Notes under the pieces: model-generated
Told to the model about the DNA's origin: nothing
Seen by the model: the letters and a program-made list of their open reading frames with translations, nothing else
The model's database searches: none
Virus record (IMG/VR): IMGVR_UViG_3300036851_000098
Location: 1 to 64,000 of that record
Direction: 5' to 3' (one strand)
DNA from: a virus
Length of the DNA: 64,000 bases
Part shown: one piece after another, positions 7,731 through 16,435 of the stretch
Layout of the letters: every line of letters starts with the position of its first letter
How positions within the stretch are numbered: the stretch's first letter is position 1
Made by a program: the position numbers and the translations under genes

Positions 7731-7756
7731 CTGAGACCCCAAATTAGGAGGACGAA

Positions 7757-8077
7757 GTGATTCACGAGGAACGGATCCTACAGATTGATGTGGAGGTGAA
7801 AAAACTAAGAAGCAATATTCGTGAACTGTTGAAAGAACGGCGTAGTCTCGTACGATCGGAGTATACGGGATCAGCAAAAACCTGGAGAAACGAGATTATC
7901 ACAATTCTTGACTGCTATCCAGGAGCATCTCGACAGAACATCGTAGATGGACTAAGTTCTTATATTTCCTCAAAGATGCTTACAAACGTGCTTACCACGT
8001 TGCGGCGTCATGGGGAAATCGAGAATCGAGGAACAAAGAAAAATCCGCAGTGGTATATCAAAGAGACCCCAAACTAG
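7757..8077 (+). CDS. Coiled-coil plus winged-HTH protein
   Basis: LTNVLTTLRRHGEIENRG...WYI winged-helix pattern; RBS AGGAGG. Confidence 0.55.
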   Translation: MIHEERILQIDVEVKKLRSNIRELLKERRSLVRSEYTGSAKTWRNEIITILDCYPGASRQNIVDGLSSYISSKMLTNVLTTLRRHGEIENRGTKKNPQWYIKETPN

Positions 8078-8086
8078 GAGGACGTC

Positions 8087-8254
8087 ATGAAGATCAAACT
8101 CGATCCTCCGGTCGACGGAGTTGACGTCAACATCCACGTAGGACTTCCAACCCAAGATCTTGAGGATCTGATTGACAAAATCACCGATGCGGCCGTCACC
8201 ATTGTGGTGGCGGTCACTGTCGGCGGTATCCTCAAGCACATATTTACTAAGTAA
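8087..8254 (+). CDS. Small protein with C-terminal TM
   Basis: Leader GAGACCCCAAACTAGGAGG; 55 aa. Confidence 0.6.
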   Translation: MKIKLDPPVDGVDVNIHVGLPTQDLEDLIDKITDAAVTIVVAVTVGGILKHIFTK

Positions 8255-8264
8255 AGGAGAAGTC

Positions 8265-8450
8265 ATGGAGCGTAAGCGCGTCAAGCTGGCAGTGTACGTC
8301 GATCTCGATCCGGTTCCCGGAACGTTCCACTCGGCGGAATCTGCGCAGAATACAGTGCGGAGGCTGCTTAAGCAAAGCATCCCGCATTACAACCCTCTCG
8401 TGTCGATTGAGTCGTATGATACAGAGCAGCAGAAAGAGCTTCAATCATGA
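8265..8450 (+). CDS. Hypothetical protein
   Basis: ATG 8265 after AAGGAG. Confidence 0.6.
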   Translation: MERKRVKLAVYVDLDPVPGTFHSAESAQNTVRRLLKQSIPHYNPLVSIESYDTEQQKELQS

Positions 8451-8839
8451 AATTTCGTGGGGTTTTTCATCCGTCTTATAACCCGGAGATCCGTGGGTTT
8501 AATCAAGATGGCGGGGAATTTTACATCGGCTTCTTCACCGATGATGATAGTTCAGATGGAATGATCCAGATTAAACTTACTGTCTGGGCTCCAGATTCCC
8601 CTACTCACAATACCTTTGCTTCGCTACGTGTGTACCATGATGGCATCAAGGTTCTCCGTGAACTAGAAAAGCGTGGATTTCTCAAGTTGTTCGAAGAACT
8701 CAAGGCATCCACGTTTTACGACGTGGTGCAATGCTTCGTTTGGTGTAATATTCCCATTATGTATCACGGTGGGGATGAGTACAAGGAGATGACTCCGCGC
8801 AAGATTTACCAGTTACTGTATGAAGAGCAGATCACGTAA
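8447..8839 (+). CDS. Hypothetical protein
   Basis: ATGA coupling, 130 aa. Confidence 0.6.
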   Translation: MKFRGVFHPSYNPEIRGFNQDGGEFYIGFFTDDDSSDGMIQIKLTVWAPDSPTHNTFASLRVYHDGIKVLRELEKRGFLKLFEELKASTFYDVVQCFVWCNIPIMYHGGDEYKEMTPRKIYQLLYEEQIT

Positions 8840-9159
8840 TGCCCAAAGTACCCCAAAAGTCTTGGCGAGGACGCGAGTTTCCTCTTGACAAGCATCTGAA
8901 AGACATTCGCGCGGTACGAGTGAGCGCTATCGAAGAAGAGTTGGTGAATCGTGGCTTCTGGTACGTTCAAGTCAAAGGAGACAACGGAGAATTCAGAATT
9001 CGATGTCGGTGCGGAGACATCCGCCCATGGATTGAACATCACTTCGAACAACAGACTCTCTTAGATTTCACCATATTTCCATACAAATGGGATGTTGGTA
9101 GTAAGTTAGATGTAGTCAACATCTTCGTCAAGGCGAAGGTGCACAAACTCGCGACGTAA
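8839..9159 (+). CDS. Hypothetical protein
   Basis: TAATG coupling, 106 aa. Confidence 0.55.
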   Translation: MPKVPQKSWRGREFPLDKHLKDIRAVRVSAIEEELVNRGFWYVQVKGDNGEFRIRCRCGDIRPWIEHHFEQQTLLDFTIFPYKWDVGSKLDVVNIFVKAKVHKLAT

Positions 9160-9179
9160 ACATGCTGTATAATGAAAGG
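9149..9179 (+). promoter_or_regulatory. Phage promoter motif copy 8
   Basis: TCGCG(9149)-N14-TATAAT(9168)-GAAAGG. Confidence 0.8.
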
Positions 9180-9301
9180 TATCAACTCGATACTGTTGTG
9201 TAACGAACTCTGAGCGCAGAGTCCAGACCTTTCTTCCACGTCCCTTTACGGGGCGACTAGCCTTAACCGGCGAAAGCCCCGTTCACGGGCTCATATTTTT
9301 T
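9174..9301 (+). ncRNA. Putative small structured RNA C
   Basis: GAAAGGT/ACCTTTC closing stem, hairpins GTATC/GATAC and ACTCTG/CAGAGT, further hairpins and a T tail; no ORF. Confidence 0.6.
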
Positions 9302-9321
9302 CCAACTACAAGGAGATTGAA

Positions 9322-9480
9322 GTGCAGCAGAAGAGGGCCAAGCAGCTCTATCGGATTCCGATAGAGTTTTCGAACGGGATGACCCGCACCGTCAAGGTGA
9401 AGGCGAAGGATCGCGAGACCGCTGAGGCCCGCGCTTTGAAGTTCCACCCCAATGCCATCGGGGTGAAGCGAGGTGACTGA
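9322..9480 (+). CDS. Small basic hypothetical protein
   Basis: GTG after AAGGAG; 52 aa. Confidence 0.55.
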   Translation: MQQKRAKQLYRIPIEFSNGMTRTVKVKAKDRETAEARALKFHPNAIGVKRGD

Positions 9481-9733
9481 TTTTCGTAAGAAGCGTGAAT
9501 GGGGAGATGACGAGGAGCGAGTTTGCGACGGTTCGCTTATTTTGCTCACAGGTAAGTATATCCTTCCCGTGGACGAGTCTCCAACTCAAGTTCGGAACAT
9601 CATGGATACGTCCGACGAGAACGAGATGGTCACGTTTCACCACCACTACGATCCCGAAGTAGAGGTGTATGCTCGAAACTGCGAGATAATCGCAATAAAC
9701 GCTCGATGGACAAAGGTGGAAAATCGTGAATAG
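9473..9733 (+). CDS. Hypothetical protein
   Basis: Overlaps the upstream stop; 86 aa. Confidence 0.55.
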   Translation: MTDFRKKREWGDDEERVCDGSLILLTGKYILPVDESPTQVRNIMDTSDENEMVTFHHHYDPEVEVYARNCEIIAINARWTKVENRE

Positions 9734-9902
9734 GTTCCTGTACAGCGAAAACAGCACCTCCGGTCCGTACCCGGTCTATATTCCGGTGCGTCGGCGCAAG
9801 CGCTACGGGGTCTTCAAGTTCTTCTTCGACTGCCTTCTGGTGTTCATCACCGGAGGGCTCTGGCTCATCTGGATTTTTGTTCGTGAGATGAGAAGGCGGT
9901 AA
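9726..9902 (+). CDS. Small membrane protein
   Basis: FDCLLVFITGGLWLIWIFVREMRR, a type recalled from related actinophages. Confidence 0.6.
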   Translation: MNRFLYSENSTSGPYPVYIPVRRRKRYGVFKFFFDCLLVFITGGLWLIWIFVREMRRR

Positions 9903-10080
9903 TGGACTCCATCACTCAAGAAGCTCTTCAACATTTTGAGGCATCCCTAATTCGGGCATGCCTCGAAAAGATTCGTCCTGACGTAAAAGACGAAGACCCA
10001 ATGCTTCGAGAACTGTACGAAGACGCAATCAAGGCAGGACGTATCCGCGAACCTCTCGAGACTACGATGAAGGAAAGGTC

Positions 10081-10407
10081 TTGATGCTCAGTTCTGAAAC
10101 ATGTGAGTGTGGTCATACGCTGGGGAGTCATCCCCCACATCCTGATCATCCTTTCGCTTGGCCTTGTCGGAGCTGCCAATGTTCCGAGTACAAGGCTACG
10201 CCACAACGTATAATGGTCTTTGACTCCGTCGAGTGGGAGAAGGCTGGATACGATCGGCCAGAAGGAAACGATCGGTTCTATCACTCAGCGGAGATCCTCG
10301 AAGTAAGTGGTTTCGGGATTGAGCAAGTAGCAACTATCAAGTTCGAACATGACGGTCGTATCAGTCGTGGTCACTTTACCTCGGCTATGAAAGAGATCGA
10401 GTCATGA
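10081..10407 (+). CDS. Hypothetical protein with Cys/His zinc finger
   Basis: CECGH...H...CRSCQC. Confidence 0.55.
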   Translation: MMLSSETCECGHTLGSHPPHPDHPFAWPCRSCQCSEYKATPQRIMVFDSVEWEKAGYDRPEGNDRFYHSAEILEVSGFGIEQVATIKFEHDGRISRGHFTSAMKEIES

Positions 10408-10490
10408 CGTGGACATATTTGATCTTCGGCGTGATCATCTGGTACATCGGAAAGATGCTCTGGTGGATCATCCAGGACCGTCGTGAAAGC

Positions 10491-10553
10491 TCGCGGCAAA
10501 ATCACGGCACTTAATAGGAGGGCCCAGAGTACGTTTCTGGGCCTTCTATTTTT
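10491..10553 (+). ncRNA. Promoter motif copy 9 plus ~40-nt single-hairpin RNA D
   Basis: TCGCG(10491)-N14-CTTAAT then AATAGGAGGGCCCAGA/TCTGGGCCTTCTATT-TTT. Confidence 0.5.
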
Positions 10554-10580
10554 GTCCCCAAATTAAGGAGTTCCAGGAGA

Positions 10581-11378
10581 GTGCAGCTTCTCAATGATGT
10601 ACGGCAGAAGGCTGGAGAGTTCGTCTCAGCCAATGCTGCCGTTCTACTTACTGGTGGTGGCGTGGTCGGTACGGTCGCCACCGGCCTGGTCGCCTGGAGA
10701 GGCGGCTACAAGACGGCCGAGAAGATCGGTAACGATAAGGTTCAAGATCTTGCAGACCAGCTTTCGGTTGACTCTGAAGCATATGCTTCTGCCGATCTGG
10801 ATAAGTGGGACAAAGCCAAGATCGCGATTCCTCAGGCTTTGCCTCCGATCGTCATCGGTGGTGCCACGATCGCCAGCATCATCATGGGCCACAAGGTGTC
10901 TGCCCAGAAGGCTGCGGCTTTGGCAGCTGCCTACGGCCTCGCTGAGCGTAACCTGTCGGAGTACAAGGCCAAGGTCGAGGAAAAACTCACTGGCCCGAAG
11001 AAGACTGCCATCGAGGACGAGATTGCGCAGGATCGAGTGACCAGAACATCAGGTCACGAGAACATTGTCATCGTGGAGGGTGAGGTTCTCTGTTTCGACG
11101 AGCCTACCGGAAGATATTTCCGAAGCACGATGGAGGACATCAAGACCGCGGTTAACTCGACAAACGCAGAGATCCTCAACCACGAGTTCGCAAATGCCAG
11201 CTTCTTCTACGAGGAGCTCGGCCTGCCCGCCACGACGTGGACAGACGAGGTCGGCTGGAACCACGATCAACTCCTGGATCTGAAGTATTCCACGGTGCTG
11301 ACACCGGACAACAAGCCGTGCATCTCGATCGACTTCAAGGTGCTACCCAAGGCGGAGTACGTCCCAAAGCACTACTAG
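10581..11378 (+). CDS. Conserved phage protein (DUF6353-like), paralog 1
   Basis: N-terminal GVVGTVATG..A hydrophobic segment, AALAAAY..E..L..Y, GRYF, FYEELGLP, VGW. Confidence 0.7.
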   Translation: MQLLNDVRQKAGEFVSANAAVLLTGGGVVGTVATGLVAWRGGYKTAEKIGNDKVQDLADQLSVDSEAYASADLDKWDKAKIAIPQALPPIVIGGATIASIIMGHKVSAQKAAALAAAYGLAERNLSEYKAKVEEKLTGPKKTAIEDEIAQDRVTRTSGHENIVIVEGEVLCFDEPTGRYFRSTMEDIKTAVNSTNAEILNHEFANASFFYEELGLPATTWTDEVGWNHDQLLDLKYSTVLTPDNKPCISIDFKVLPKAEYVPKHY

Positions 11379-11866
11379 ACCGACTCGAAGCGCCCGAGCT
11401 CCGATTGCTTCCTTGGTATATCCTTGGGGGTGATCGGAGGAGTCGGTCCGAGGATACTCGGGTCACTTTTTTGCATAAACCGCAAAAGCAAATAGTAACA
11501 CAGGATTATCCGAAGAAACGCAACGAAAGGCCATATCAGCGGCGTTGGTCGGGTAGAGGAAAACGAGAGCTAAGGCAGGCTCGTAGAAATGTTCTCTAGA
11601 TGGGTTGGTGTAGGCAAGTTAGGGTAAGCAAGAACAGTACGATGAGTCCCCTATACCTATCGAAATCTGTCGGGTCCTGAGGGAATGGCGCTCGATCAGC
11701 TAATCGAGGAAGCCGGTCGCTAGAATCCATGCGGGGATCCGGTAGGAAGCTCGATAGACCCGGTATCATCGTATATTAAGATGGCTTTGATATCGGGCAT
11801 GAGGCTATCGAGAGTGGTCGGCATAAGGACTTAGATGCCTCTCCCTTAGCGCGGACCATATATTTG
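11379..11866 (+). ncRNA. Structured non-coding region
   Basis: Stems GACCGACTC/GAGTCGGTC, TACGATGA/TCATCGTA, TCGGGTC/GACCCGG, CTCGAT/ATCGAG; no RBS-led ORF. Confidence 0.5.
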
Positions 11867-12003
11867 TCAACTGAAGTAAGGAGAGCGAAGTGCACAAGAT
11901 GCTCGCCTGGCTCCGCCCTCGTCGGCGGTCGCGGCGTGACAAGCTGGCTCAGAAGTTCGGAGAGTTCTTCGGACGGGCCCTATCTCAGAAGCGGAGGAAG
12001 TAG

Positions 12004-12456
12004 ATGCAGATCCAGATGCGGGTGATTGTTGCGATCGGCGCAGCATATTTCATCGGCTACAGCCGAGGCGTGACGGCGTCGAACAACCTGGGAACCCAGA
12101 TCGGAGAAGGACTCAACAAGGTCGGCGATGGGCTCAAGGCCCTCGCTATTGAGCTTGGAGTCGACTTCAAGAAGTACCAGGAGGAGAAGGAGGAGTTCGA
12201 TCAGAACATCGTCATGAGCGACTCCTATACCGTGGAGGAGAAGATCCGGCGTATGGGTATGCGACGAGATCTTTATCGATCCGACGATCAGATCGCAGAG
12301 AAACTGAACACCACAGTGGAGGACGTAAAGCGTATTCTTGATGAAGGAGCGGTTTCTGACATCGAAGGAGACGTCGTCGACTCCACCGTGGATGAGGACG
12401 TCCGCGCAGCAGCGCTCGGAGAACCGCCGGAAAAGCCCGGCTCAGACGCCACCTGA
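12004..12456 (+). CDS. TM plus HTH-like protein
   Basis: N-terminal hydrophobic helix; SDDQIAEKLNTTVEDVKRIL. Confidence 0.55.
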   Translation: MQIQMRVIVAIGAAYFIGYSRGVTASNNLGTQIGEGLNKVGDGLKALAIELGVDFKKYQEEKEEFDQNIVMSDSYTVEEKIRRMGMRRDLYRSDDQIAEKLNTTVEDVKRILDEGAVSDIEGDVVDSTVDEDVRAAALGEPPEKPGSDAT

Positions 12457-12459
12457 ATC

Positions 12460-12741
12460 ATGAACGGGCCTTCCCCAATTATTCCGCCCTGGAATAAGCC
12501 ATATTCCGAGTGGAATCGCATGCAGCTAGACGCTGGTCTCCTCGCTTGCGACGAGTATCGATGGAAGAACCTCGAGCGACAAATCCGACAGGAAATCGCA
12601 GAACGCGATCAAACAAACAGGTGTTCTAACTGCGGTTCTAAAGCTTGCGGTATGTCCATATTCACCAAGCAGTTTCACTGTGATGAATGCGGTCATACGC
12701 AAGAAGCGAGCCAGGACGCGTATCTCAAGGAACTACTTTAA
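12460..12741 (+). CDS. Zinc-ribbon protein
   Basis: CSNCG...CDECG. Confidence 0.55.
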   Translation: MNGPSPIIPPWNKPYSEWNRMQLDAGLLACDEYRWKNLERQIRQEIAERDQTNRCSNCGSKACGMSIFTKQFHCDECGHTQEASQDAYLKELL

Positions 12742-12758
12742 AGGAGAGTGAAGTAAAG

Positions 12759-13064
12759 ATGGATGAGCAGGAAAAGGCCGCCGCCAAGGAGCTCGCCGGT
12801 CGTGGTGTGCGTCAGGCCAGGCATGCAGCGAAGAACACGGCCAAGGCCACCGCATACGCCGCCGATGCCATCGGTGACGACATCCAGGAGGGTGCGGAGA
12901 AGGTTGTCGAGGCTGGAAAGCGCATCAACCCGAAGGCACTGACCTTCATCTCGAGCGAGACCGGAATGGGCTTCCTGGCACTTGCTCTCGGTGTTGGAGC
13001 ATTCGCGTTCGCCGGTCGTCGATTCAGCGGCGCTATCGCAGCCCGTAAGCAGGTTGTCAAGTAG
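12759..13064 (+). CDS. Hypothetical protein with C-terminal TM
   Basis: RBS AAGGAG, Ala-rich. Confidence 0.6.
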   Translation: MDEQEKAAAKELAGRGVRQARHAAKNTAKATAYAADAIGDDIQEGAEKVVEAGKRINPKALTFISSETGMGFLALALGVGAFAFAGRRFSGAIAARKQVVK

Positions 13065-13387
13065 TGAAGGTCGACCAATTCGAGCACATCCTGGATGCGC
13101 AAATCAAACGTGTCCAGGCTGTGCTGGTCGCTAAACGCGACGAATATGCAGACGAAGATGTATTGGCAAATTTCAAGCACTCTGCCCATATGCGGGAATG
13201 TGGTCTTCCGCAAGCTGTCGAAGGCATGATGATCAAGCACACGACTTCGATCTACACCATGCTTCGAAGCGAAAAAGCATATCCGATAGAACTTTGGGAT
13301 GAGAAGATCACCGACCACATCAACTACCTCATCCTGCTCAAAGCCTGTCTTCACGAAAACGTCGATAACCCGCAGCTGGAGGTCTAG
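13064..13387 (+). CDS. Conserved all-alpha phage protein (DUF1599/MazG-like)
   Basis: KRDEYA..D.L.NFK...KH..SI...WDEKITDHINYLILL. Confidence 0.55.
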   Translation: MKVDQFEHILDAQIKRVQAVLVAKRDEYADEDVLANFKHSAHMRECGLPQAVEGMMIKHTTSIYTMLRSEKAYPIELWDEKITDHINYLILLKACLHENVDNPQLEV

Positions 13388-14067
13388 TGCTAAAGAAGAC
13401 CGTAACGTACGAGAACCCGTTCACTGAAGAAGAAGTGACTGAGGTTCATTACTTCCATATTTCCAAGGCCGACATGATCAAGCTGGAAATGTCGGAGCAC
13501 AAGAGGCGATACACCGGCACGGATGGCAAGGAGTACACAGGCTGGATGGCCAAGCTTCAACGAATTGTCGACTCCGAAGACGGCAGGGGCATCATGGAGG
13601 AGCTCGAGGATATTCTTCGACGTTCCTACGGCCGCAAGGATGGTGACTTCTTTCGAAAGTCTCCTGAAATTTTGGCAAACTTCGAGGACTCTGGTGCGTT
13701 CGGACAAGTTTTGTTCGAGCTCTGCACTAGCGCTGATATTGCTGCCGACTTCGTTAACCAGGTCTTTCCGAAGAACCTGGAGCAAGTTGCTGCTGAGGTC
13801 GCTGCTCTCGCAAAGGCCGAGGAGACCAAGAGCGAGGACACCCCAACTGAGACAGCCGATATTTCTGAGGAGAGGCAGAAGCGACTGGAAAGGCTGAAGA
13901 GTCTCGAAGATTCGGAAGCTAAGCCGGATGCGGATGCAGAGCGTCGATCGGTCATTTTCAAGGCTACGCCTCAGGATCCGGTTACACTCACTCGGGCTGA
14001 GATGCTCGAGATGGACAACGGACAACTTCAACGCGGCCTAACAGACGGCCGCTACAAGCTCTCCTAG
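13387..14067 (+). CDS. Conserved phage protein
   Basis: MLKKTVTYE....E...YFHISKA...SYG.KDGD.F.KS family of R4/BD-like phages (recall). Confidence 0.65.
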   Translation: MLKKTVTYENPFTEEEVTEVHYFHISKADMIKLEMSEHKRRYTGTDGKEYTGWMAKLQRIVDSEDGRGIMEELEDILRRSYGRKDGDFFRKSPEILANFEDSGAFGQVLFELCTSADIAADFVNQVFPKNLEQVAAEVAALAKAEETKSEDTPTETADISEERQKRLERLKSLEDSEAKPDADAERRSVIFKATPQDPVTLTRAEMLEMDNGQLQRGLTDGRYKLS

Positions 14068-14069
14068 AG

Positions 14070-14593
14070 AGGTGGGGTCTCACCCAAGGGGTACCAGCGA
14101 TTAAAGCGCTCGGTAGTAGTCAATAACAGCAAATGGCACGATCTGGTTCCCTCCCGTCCCTAGATCGTCCGTATGTGTCTCTTGGGCCCATATTTAAAGA
14201 AGTAGGGACCCCGACGTAGGTGTCAAGCTCTTCAAAAGAGGGAGCGGCCTATAGGAAGCGGGGGAGCCAGATAGGGGACTGCGAAACAGGCCATAAGGCT
14301 AACTTCGCGGTGATATCGCAACCAGTGGGAGGCGATAGGGTGACTCTGGCCCGGTTTAAATGCCCTAGTGAATCGGTCCTGGGCTAAGGATCGCGGACAA
14401 GACAGGCGGAGTTCGAATCTCCGTACAGGGTTGCCTCCTGTATATGGAATTGTAACTTGTTCTCTGGGTATATTCTTGAGGGGGTCCGCGTGCTGCAACA
14501 CGCACGACCACAAAACGACAGCAGCCAGTGCCTGGGTGCTCGATACCTCGTCCCTCCCGGGGGCTTGGCGATTGCGCCCTCAAGATCCATATT
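14070..14593 (+). ncRNA. Cluster of structured RNA domains including a tRNA-like T-arm
   Basis: CCCAAG/CTTGGG, ACGATCT/AGATCGT, GCCAGA/TCTGGC, CGGAG-TTCGAAT-CTCCG, CTTGAGGG/CCCTCAAG. Confidence 0.55.
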
Positions 14594-14625
14594 TCGCGTA
14601 AAATTCACGCATAATAATGAGACCC
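14594..14625 (+). promoter_or_regulatory. Phage promoter motif copy 10
   Basis: TCGCG(14594)-N14-AATAAT-GAGACCC. Confidence 0.75.
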
Positions 14626-14651
14626 TAAAATCTATTCAAGGAGTATTTTTC

Positions 14652-14942
14652 ATGCTTGACCGAATCGACTTCACGCCCCGTGGCGTTGCGAAGTTCGTAG
14701 TCAACGCCGCCGTCGCCGCGAAGGTTTCAGCAACCACTGTCAATGCTATCGACGAGAACACCAGGTACGACAAGGACAACTTCCTCGTCGGTACCACCGG
14801 TACGCTCGTCGGTGCATATGTCAGCGCCAAGCTGGAACCGCTCACGGACAAGGCCGTCGACCTGACCGCTGACTTCATCACCGCCCAGCGCGAGAAGTAC
14901 GAGACCAGAAGGTCTGAAAAGAACACTGCCGAAAAGGCTTAG
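14652..14942 (+). CDS. Hypothetical cassette protein
   Basis: ATG after AAGGAG; terminator follows. Confidence 0.7.
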   Translation: MLDRIDFTPRGVAKFVVNAAVAAKVSATTVNAIDENTRYDKDNFLVGTTGTLVGAYVSAKLEPLTDKAVDLTADFITAQREKYETRRSEKNTAEKA

Positions 14943-14950
14943 TTCTCAGA

Positions 14951-14980
14951 AAGGGAGGCCCTAACACAGCTTCTCTTTTT
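14951..14980 (+). terminator. Terminator (CTAACAC loop family)
   Basis: AAGGGAGGC-CCTAACACA-GCTTCTCTT-TTT. Confidence 0.75.
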
Positions 14981-15096
14981 CGCGTGAAAATCACTCTCTT
15001 TAATAGAAGAATAGATAATTTCCGCGCTTCCTTTGGAAGCAGTCTACTGGTGGCGGAATTAAAAAGACTATTACCAGCATCTGCTCTTCTCTTTTT
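14980..15096 (+). ncRNA. Promoter motif copy 11 plus small structured RNA E
   Basis: TCGCG(14980)-N14-TTTAAT; AGAAGA/TCTTCT closing stem, TTCCGC/GCGGAA, GCTTCC/GGAAGC, T tail. Confidence 0.6.
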
Positions 15097-15127
15097 CGCG
15101 TGAGAAACACGCCATCTAATGAGACCC
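15096..15127 (+). promoter_or_regulatory. Phage promoter motif copy 12
   Basis: TCGCG(15096)-N14-TCTAAT-GAGACCC. Confidence 0.75.
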
Positions 15128-15146
15128 TACAAATAAAAGGATTTTC

Positions 15147-15305
15147 ATGAACAAGTTTCTCGAAAACCTTCGTCGTGAGGCCGAGGAAAACCCGGTCGCA
15201 GCTCTCGCTGCAGCAGCAGCCCTGCTGACAGCGATCACCAGCTTCCGCAACTCCAACTCATGGCGCAAGGAGACGAATCGCCGCGTCAAGATGTCCAAGA
15301 AGTAG
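15147..15305 (+). CDS. 52-aa cassette protein
   Basis: RBS AAAGGA; between promoter and terminator. Confidence 0.65.
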   Translation: MNKFLENLRREAEENPVAALAAAAALLTAITSFRNSNSWRKETNRRVKMSKK

Positions 15306-15313
15306 ACGTCCAG

Positions 15314-15346
15314 AATGAGGAGCCCTAACACGGCTTCTCATTTTTT
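15314..15346 (+). terminator. Terminator (CTAACAC loop family)
   Basis: AATGAGGAGCC-CTAACAC-GGCTTCTCATT-TTTT. Confidence 0.8.
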
Positions 15347-15371
15347 GCCAAACCCAAACTTTAGGAGTTCC

Positions 15372-16022
15372 ATGGAAGACTTTCCCGCTAACAGCGCCAG
15401 AATAAGAGCGCGATCTGAGGGACCACCCCCCGATCAGACGATCAGGCGCGGAGAGGCCATCGAGCAGGTTACATCTGCCGAGGTCCGTCAGCGGCGAAGG
15501 GGTCTTGGCCGTCGGGTCAAAGAGACATTTGTCGGTGGTAGTGGGCGTATGGCGTTCGACTACATGATCGCTGACGTCGTGGTTCCCGCAATTCAAGACA
15601 CCATCCTCGAAGCTCTTCAAGGTGGACTCGAACGGTTGATCAAGGGTGAGACTCGTCATAGACGAGGGTTCACTACCGCATCGCCATATACCAATCTTAC
15701 CAATCCTCCTCGCATCAACTATCAGAGTATGGGCCATACCCCTACAGCTCGGACTCTTTCACCTCAGGCTCGGACTCGTCACGATTTTCGAGATATCGTG
15801 ATTGCATCACGGCAGGAAGCAGATGAAGTTCTCGAACGGATGTACGATATTCTGGGTAAGTATGGCAGCGTATCGGTATCTGATCTATATGAGCTTACCG
15901 GCATCCAGAGCGGGCACACTGATCACAAGTGGGGCTGGGTGACCCTACGTGGTGCCAAGATCGCTCGGATGCGAAACCAGGGATATTTGTTGGATCTACC
16001 AATTCCGGAGCCTCTAGGCTAA
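15372..16022 (+). CDS. Conserved phage protein
   Basis: FPANS..., SRQEADEVLERM...YG.VSVSDLYELTG...KWGW..L...GYLLDLP.P family. Confidence 0.7.
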   Translation: MEDFPANSARIRARSEGPPPDQTIRRGEAIEQVTSAEVRQRRRGLGRRVKETFVGGSGRMAFDYMIADVVVPAIQDTILEALQGGLERLIKGETRHRRGFTTASPYTNLTNPPRINYQSMGHTPTARTLSPQARTRHDFRDIVIASRQEADEVLERMYDILGKYGSVSVSDLYELTGIQSGHTDHKWGWVTLRGAKIARMRNQGYLLDLPIPEPLG

Positions 16023-16255
16023 TGGCTAACGCCGAGCAAAAACGAGCGTTTGTCGCTAGTCTATATGTTGGCCCAGGTTGGATGCGCCGGGTTGCGAACA
16101 TGCTTGATGATCAAATCACGGCCATCTATCTAGATCATCAAGGAGAGAAGCAGCACCGTCTTCCGAAGCCCAAGCCGGAACCGGTACAGGAACATCTCGA
16201 TATTCCACTTGGGCACGGTCCTCACGCCAACGAGGACGAATTCCAAATCATTTAG
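16022..16255 (+). CDS. Conserved small phage protein
   Basis: Y.GPGW.RRV..M.DDQI.AIY motif. Confidence 0.6.
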   Translation: MANAEQKRAFVASLYVGPGWMRRVANMLDDQITAIYLDHQGEKQHRLPKPKPEPVQEHLDIPLGHGPHANEDEFQII

Positions 16256-16264
16256 GAGAGTTAG

Positions 16265-16435
16265 ATGGAGGAGTCGACCGAAGAAGAGTTTCGCGTCTCG
16301 CGTCCTCTTCCTTGCCCAGAGTGCCTAAGCGCAAAGGGTTTCAACAGAGTGGGTAAGTTCCGCTCGCAATGCCAAAACTGCAACGCGCTGATCCCAAACT
16401 CAGCGATTGACCAAGAAGATCAGGAGCCTCAATGA
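16265..16435 (+). CDS. Small zinc-finger protein
   Basis: CPEC...CQNC; RBS AGGAG. Confidence 0.55.
   Translation: MEESTEEEFRVSRPLPCPECLSAKGFNRVGKFRSQCQNCNALIPNSAIDQEDQEPQ

Noticed and set aside
12812-14031. Long minus-strand ORFs (also 25209-25844, 26629-27306, 33358-34026)
   Set aside because: Antisense shadows of + strand genes or structured RNA; no RBS or recognisable motifs
14362-14436. Canonical tRNA or tmRNA
   Set aside because: Only the T-arm fits; there is no D arm, 7-nt anticodon loop, G3:U70 alanine identity or CCA. Kept as tRNA-like only.
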